Source of the DNA: Candidatus Thorarchaeota archaeon
GTDB lineage: Archaea > Asgardarchaeota > Thorarchaeia > Thorarchaeales > Thorarchaeaceae
Assembly (NCBI GenBank): GCA_011364985.1
Contig: RDOC01000003.1
Span: 32,001 to 96,000, forward strand
Direction: 5' to 3'
DNA: 64,000 bases
In this document: positions 59,157 through 64,000 of the stretch, piece by piece
Numbering within the stretch: the first letter of the stretch is position 1
Layout of the letters: each line of letters begins with the position of its first letter
Position numbers and translations under genes: made by a program
Notes under the pieces: generated by a model
What the model was told of the DNA's origin: nothing
What the model saw: only the letters and a program-made list of their open reading frames with translations
Databases searched by the model: none

Positions 59157-60660
59157 TCACCTCGAACAGCCTTTGAACTATGTGTTCTGTAGGCGGCGGA
59201 GAATCAAAATCAGCCAATTCGGATCCGTATTTTGCAACAATTCCTATAAGCTCGGAGTATTCACGGCGTTTCTTAACGTTTCTAGCTGCTGCTCCGCCTG
59301 AGGATACCTTCTTACTAAGAAATCGTCCGAGGACCTTCAGAAGCAATGATGTCTCTCTTTCAATTTCCATAATATGAGCCAATGATTGCTTGCCAGTTGC
59401 TCGATAGGGTATCCTAGTTGATGACACATTCAAGAATAGCGCAGCCGGTTGAGGCTTTGAGAAACCATACCTGCGCCAGCTAGTCTGTCTAACCACCTTC
59501 GTAAAAATATCCTCACTTGCATCGTATAGTAAGGGAACACGGTTCGCCATTCTATATAGAGTAGGTGTATCAGACACAGAAAATGAATCCCCTACTGCCA
59601 ATACGCCTTCAAGTATGACAGGGTTCCCTTGCCACTCAAACACACCCTGACGTCCATAGGATAAGAAGCTCGTATTGAATGTGGAACGTACTCCTGCAGT
59701 AAATGATGCTTCGCCAATTGGACTTAGACATTTGCTATCCGGACTACAGAACCCATCATAGTGACGCATGCCTTGACATAATCGAGAGATATCTTGACGC
59801 GTTAGTACATCAAGTGGAGTTTTCGGATCAATGTTCATGAACGCAAGAAGTTTTGACGCAGTTCTTGTTCCCAATTGTTGAAAGGATGTGACCAAGAAAT
59901 CGCGAATTGTAGTACTCTCACACTCATTCAGGAGTCTTTGTATGAGTTCAACATCGACAGCCCTTGGATGAGGTTTCACAGGAATAGATGTCTTTGGTGC
60001 CTCACTTGTCCAAGGCCCTATACAACCCTGGATTTCATCGTCTATGTTGAATATAATACGTGCATTTGGCGTGCCAACTGTGGTTAGGCGAAGGTATTCC
60101 AGAACTCGTTCTTGTGCACGTTTGAGATCGCCTTTGAAGCATATACTCACGGAAGTTCCCAAGGAATGTTGTCTCTTCGTGGTTTCGCTCAGCAGGATGG
60201 GAGCATTCTTTTCAATATCAATGAGGAGTCGGTAAGCCCTTCCTAGCCCTTCACCGAATCGAGTACAAATCAGAACTGGAGAGTCGGTTGTGATTTGACC
60301 ATAAAGGATAGCCATTGTCACTCCGAGACCAAATGTACCCCGCTTTTGCCTTCGTTCGTATTTGCTACCATAGAGTATCCTTCCAAAGGCTTGAGCAACC
60401 TCATCGTAGGGCAAACCAGTTCCATTGTCCTTAACAGTGACGGTGACATTATCCGAGTCCTCATCGACTATCTTGATACGTATCTCTGGCGCTTTGCCAG
60501 CATCTTCGCATGCATCAAGGCCGTTTTCAATTAGTTCTCTTACTGTTGAGTATACGGCTTGTGTAGGATTACCAAAGCCGGCCATCTGACGATTTCGATA
60601 GAAGAATTCAGCAGGAGATATGCCTGAGAACTTTTGGACCGATCGCTCTTGGGAACTCAT
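59143..60660 (-). CDS. top6B: DNA topoisomerase VI subunit B
   Basis: SPAEFFYRN, ELIENGLDA, DNGTG and NRVPLLY. Confidence 0.93.
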   Translation of the reverse strand: MSSQERSVQKFSGISPAEFFYRNRQMAGFGNPTQAVYSTVRELIENGLDACEDAGKAPEIRIKIVDEDSDNVTVTVKDNGTGLPYDEVAQAFGRILYGSKYERRQKRGTFGLGVTMAILYGQITTDSPVLICTRFGEGLGRAYRLLIDIEKNAPILLSETTKRQHSLGTSVSICFKGDLKRAQERVLEYLRLTTVGTPNARIIFNIDDEIQGCIGPWTSEAPKTSIPVKPHPRAVDVELIQRLLNECESTTIRDFLVTSFQQLGTRTASKLLAFMNIDPKTPLDVLTRQDISRLCQGMRHYDGFCSPDSKCLSPIGEASFTAGVRSTFNTSFLSYGRQGVFEWQGNPVILEGVLAVGDSFSVSDTPTLYRMANRVPLLYDASEDIFTKVVRQTSWRRYGFSKPQPAALFLNVSSTRIPYRATGKQSLAHIMEIERETSLLLKVLGRFLSKKVSSGGAAARNVKKRREYSELIGIVAKYGSELADFDSPPPTEHIVQRLFEVSEDE

Positions 60661-60719
60661 CGTATTCAGAAACTGAGATGTGGTCTATTGATATTAGAGC
60701 AGGTATTACACGGCGCGAT

Positions 60720-61286
60720 TCAAAGGTCTGTATTCTCCCATAACTCGGTCTGGGCACGTTTCATGTGACGTCTCATACGTTCAAGCTGGGAGTACACAGC
60801 ACTGTGTGGAGCCCCGCCAATGAGCATATTTACAGCTCTCTGAGCATAGTCGATGCCGGGGTCAAAGCCTATAATTGAAACTGTCCTTCCATACACTGCA
60901 ATCTTTGTTTCTGTGATTTCCTCAATAACACGACGAGTACGACCACTTTCACCAATGATCCGTCCAGCGACTCGCTTGAGTTGATTTGCAGACGTTCCAA
61001 CGGATTCCCGTAGTGAGATAACTATTAATCTTGCATCTTCATCTATAAGCCCGAGAGCGTTCTTTGGACTGAACCCACGAGCCATTGCGCGTACTATGTC
61101 CTTGGCCTTCCAAGCAAGAACTGGGTCGTCGGTACTATCTGAGCCAGTGATTGTTACAAGACCCTCGGAGCCAACCTCAATTATAGTATTTGTAAGCTGT
61201 TCCACTCTTCGCTTTACTTTGCCATTACGACCGACGATTACTCCCACTCTATCAACAGGAACCCTGAGAGTTTCGTGATATATCAT
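60720..61286 (-). CDS. KH-domain pre-rRNA processing protein (Dim2/PNO1)
   Basis: RVGVIVGRNG, RGFSP and GRIIGESG. Confidence 0.92.
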   Translation of the reverse strand: MIYHETLRVPVDRVGVIVGRNGKVKRRVEQLTNTIIEVGSEGLVTITGSDSTDDPVLAWKAKDIVRAMARGFSPKNALGLIDEDARLIVISLRESVGTSANQLKRVAGRIIGESGRTRRVIEEITETKIAVYGRTVSIIGFDPGIDYAQRAVNMLIGGAPHSAVYSQLERMRRHMKRAQTELWENTDL

Positions 61287-62083
61287 TTGTTTTCACCAGA
61301 GGCTAGAATATGGTTTGTAATTATTTTCGGCTCTTCAGTGTCTACGCCCAGTTTTTTGAAGAAATTGCAGAGGTTTTGAATATCACGGTATAGATATTTG
61401 CTCGCATTATCATGACTCGTGAGAACAGATTGTGAAACGTCAATGATTATTGGTTGATTGAGCCATAGTATATTGTATTCACTAAGGTCTGCATGAACAA
61501 GATTCGCGGACTTATATGCCAATTCTACGAAACCAATAATCTCGTTAAATGTTTTGACAGGAGAGGGAATCGTGACATTTTTGAGTAGGGGAGCAGGTGT
61601 GACAGTCTTCTTGTCACCAATGAATTCCATTACGACTACATTTCGCTCAATATCAATTGGATGTGGTACAGGTACTCCTGCTTCGTAGAATCTCTGGAGG
61701 TTCTTGTACTCTTTCATAGCCCATTGAGGAATTAGTACTCTACTACGTCGCCGAACACGTCTGAACCTGGGGTCTCCGACGATATACTCAAGCATGAAAT
61801 CAGTCTCTGCTGTACTCATTCGATAAATCTTGACTGCAACAGGTGTCCCATCACCTGCCTCGCCTCTGTACACATTGGCTTCCTTTCCGGCACTTATTAC
61901 CCCATGGACCGCTTGTAGTACTCCGCGATTAAGAAGCTTGTAGAGAATTTTGAGTGTCGGAGGATCAATGACACCCTCAACGACCTTGAACTCATCAGAA
62001 TCCATGCGTCGTTTCATCTTTCGGCGGTCAAGCTCTGATAGAATTCGCTCATGTTCTTTTTCACCTCTATCCATCCAGAGCAC
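61283..62083 (-). CDS. rio1: RIO1 kinase
   Basis: SAGKEANVY, LVHADLSEYN and IIDVSQ. Confidence 0.93.
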   Translation of the reverse strand: MLWMDRGEKEHERILSELDRRKMKRRMDSDEFKVVEGVIDPPTLKILYKLLNRGVLQAVHGVISAGKEANVYRGEAGDGTPVAVKIYRMSTAETDFMLEYIVGDPRFRRVRRRSRVLIPQWAMKEYKNLQRFYEAGVPVPHPIDIERNVVVMEFIGDKKTVTPAPLLKNVTIPSPVKTFNEIIGFVELAYKSANLVHADLSEYNILWLNQPIIIDVSQSVLTSHDNASKYLYRDIQNLCNFFKKLGVDTEEPKIITNHILASGENK

Positions 62084-62154
62084 CTTATTTCCAGTAGAAG
62101 ATGAAGACTTTTTTCCGAACGGAGATACAATCGTACGAAGAAAAACATTGACTC

Positions 62155-62484
62155 CTAGAACATCTTGAGGAGACCTCGTTTATCCAGCCAATCCAGTTCA
62201 TTGCCTCTGTATCTATATACAACGTCACATTTCTCGTCGGTTTGAAAGTCCCAAGGAATGATAACGACGGTGTCACCCACACGCATCCATACTCGTTTCT
62301 TCATGCGACCAGGAATTCGACCTATTCGTATCTCTCCGTCTTCACATCTTACTCTAACTCTATCAAATCCAAGCATCTGAATGATGATGCCGAACATCTC
62401 ACCATCACCTCGATTGGGAGTACGTATTCTAACTAGCTCCTCGGGGGGAGAATCAGACCTATGACGTTTATCTTTACGAGACAC
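62155..62484 (-). CDS. eif1a: translation initiation factor 1A
   Basis: RIPGRMKKRVW..GD.V.IIPW; start set to GTG 62484. Confidence 0.92.
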   Translation of the reverse strand: MSRKDKRHRSDSPPEELVRIRTPNRGDGEMFGIIIQMLGFDRVRVRCEDGEIRIGRIPGRMKKRVWMRVGDTVVIIPWDFQTDEKCDVVYRYRGNELDWLDKRGLLKMF

Positions 62485-62589
62485 AATAAGCCTCCATTGA
62501 CTGGTCGAATCACAAAGATGATCGATCTGAAATGAGAATCCTGTGGGCACCATTTAAGCGTACCGAATAGCTCAGAAAACGCGAGACCA

Positions 62590-63672
62590 TCAGCTCGGTA
62601 GGGGAAGAATTCTTCCGCTGTAAGATAGAGCATAGATTGTATCCCCGGCAGCCACATTAGAAAGGAACACCGAGGAGTCGATTTCATGCATTTCAAAGGT
62701 CACAGAATCCATAAGTTGTATTGGTTGATTTTGCACCTTTGATACAATCATATACTGCCGCCTCTCGGAAGCCTCGGCTAGGAACTCGAGAGATCTCCAT
62801 TTTGAGCTCTTTTGATTAATTGTAAAGGAACAGCCATCAAGCAAATTGTAGCAGCCCAGTCCTCCCTTTCCCATGCTTACAACTTGGCATGGTGTACCTT
62901 CCACAAGCACAAAGTCGTTCTGAGAGAATCGCTGCAGCCTGATAAGAATTGTAATTCTGTATTTCTTCTTTCCACCTCGATCCTGCCCAATGAGTTTGTA
63001 ATTCTCTTTTCGTTGAGCCAGAAAACCAGACTCCAACTGGTCTGCTATTCGTCTGCATAGATGTTCGGAGCCCACTTTGAAGTCAAGACCATACTTGTCT
63101 CTACTTGTCTCTATAACGAAAGCCCTTGCGTCATTCCCATATTCTGCAATTGTAAGGTCGGTTACGAGACCATGGATGACATCTTCTTCAGTTTCTGTCA
63201 AGATCCGATCATCTGCTCGAACTTGAAGAATGGCCTCGTGATATCCACCACTCATCATGGTACATGAGGCACAGGTACTAAACTCAAATCGTATCTCAAG
63301 TGGGTAAGATTCGTCATGGGTAGGTAGACTCGAATGTGATTTTCCTGACACGTTAAGACGAATGTGGGTAACTCGGTCCAGTTTTTTCTCCTCCACATAG
63401 GAGGTTTCCACCTCTAACCCTAGGATATTTGTTTCCTGTTCCAAGAGAATCTCAATCTGTCTATCAGTAATCTTATCTGGGTCAGATGAGAACGTTTGGA
63501 GTTTTATCCAGCCATCGGAAGTTCTTACTGCGCCGCACCGTCGGCAAGCTATGAGGGAGAGAGGAGACCTTACTTGAACTAAGGGATGCTTGTTTTGATA
63601 GCATCTGCTGCATAGTCCTTCTAGGACTGCCTCAGCTCCACATTCATAGCAGGGTGCAGTCAATATTTGCAA
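62590..63672 (-). CDS. nmd3: NMD3 ribosome export adaptor homolog
   Basis: Four CxxC pairs and GGYHEAILQVR. Confidence 0.88.
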   Translation of the reverse strand: MQILTAPCYECGAEAVLEGLCSRCYQNKHPLVQVRSPLSLIACRRCGAVRTSDGWIKLQTFSSDPDKITDRQIEILLEQETNILGLEVETSYVEEKKLDRVTHIRLNVSGKSHSSLPTHDESYPLEIRFEFSTCASCTMMSGGYHEAILQVRADDRILTETEEDVIHGLVTDLTIAEYGNDARAFVIETSRDKYGLDFKVGSEHLCRRIADQLESGFLAQRKENYKLIGQDRGGKKKYRITILIRLQRFSQNDFVLVEGTPCQVVSMGKGGLGCYNLLDGCSFTINQKSSKWRSLEFLAEASERRQYMIVSKVQNQPIQLMDSVTFEMHEIDSSVFLSNVAAGDTIYALSYSGRILPLPS

Positions 63673-63864
63673 CCATCATATTTTCATCCGCTTCACCTTA
63701 AAATGTGGTGGATATAGCGAAGACACAATAAGGCAGATGAAATGCGATTAACAGAAGCTTTTTGTAACGCTCAGGTTTGTTCCTCATAGGCTTTCGGAAC
63801 ATAGTCAATTGCTGGCTTTTGACTGTTTCCAAGTCAATCATTCTGTTCTCAGGAGATTATCCAA

Positions 63865-64000
63865 ATGGCGATTGAAAAGGTGGCAATACCTGCAGAAAGC
63901 GAAGATGGGCTTAATAGCCTAGTAAGCGGCCACTTCGGCCAGGCGCCGGTCTTTGTCCTATCCACCATCAAAGATGGCGAAATATCTGAAATTGAGCTGT
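63865..64000 (+). CDS. NifB/NifX-family FeMo cofactor-binding domain protein, partial
   Basis: MAIEKVAIPAE...VSGHFGQAPVF. Confidence 0.75.
   Translation, partial: MAIEKVAIPAESEDGLNSLVSGHFGQAPVFVLSTIKDGEISEIEL

Overview
Archaeal chromosomal window, probably Asgard (Thorarchaeia-like). This assignment is inferred from a eukaryote-type topoisomerase IB, a ribophorin-I-like protein, and archaeal translation operons. Most of 26.7-64 kb is core housekeeping: nep1-rnp4-rps19e-rpl39e-rpl31e-eIF6-pfdA-ftsY, ftsZ-secE-spt5-rpl11-rpl1-P0-P1, gcvPA/PB, and nmd3-aIF1A-rio1-KH-top6B-top6A. The accessory region at about 12.5-26.7 kb is built around tRNA-Gly(TCC) and is segmented by tRNA-Gly 5' and 3' fragments, with no integrase in the window. 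It holds (i) an MTase/PD-(D/E)XK restriction-modification pair, (ii) a Zn-finger/PD-(D/E)XK protein preceded by a ~340-nt structured RNA candidate, (iii) a TnpB with a rearranged, Fanzor-like RuvC site divergently paired with a 1525-aa nuclease/RecA-like protein, and (iv) a single-chain Schlafen/AlbA_2-APAZ-short Argonaute. There are six tRNA genes, four with non-canonical introns, including a tRNA-Gly(GCC) with three BHB introns and a 5-nt exon. All protein calls come from motif recognition by eye; no database searches were run.
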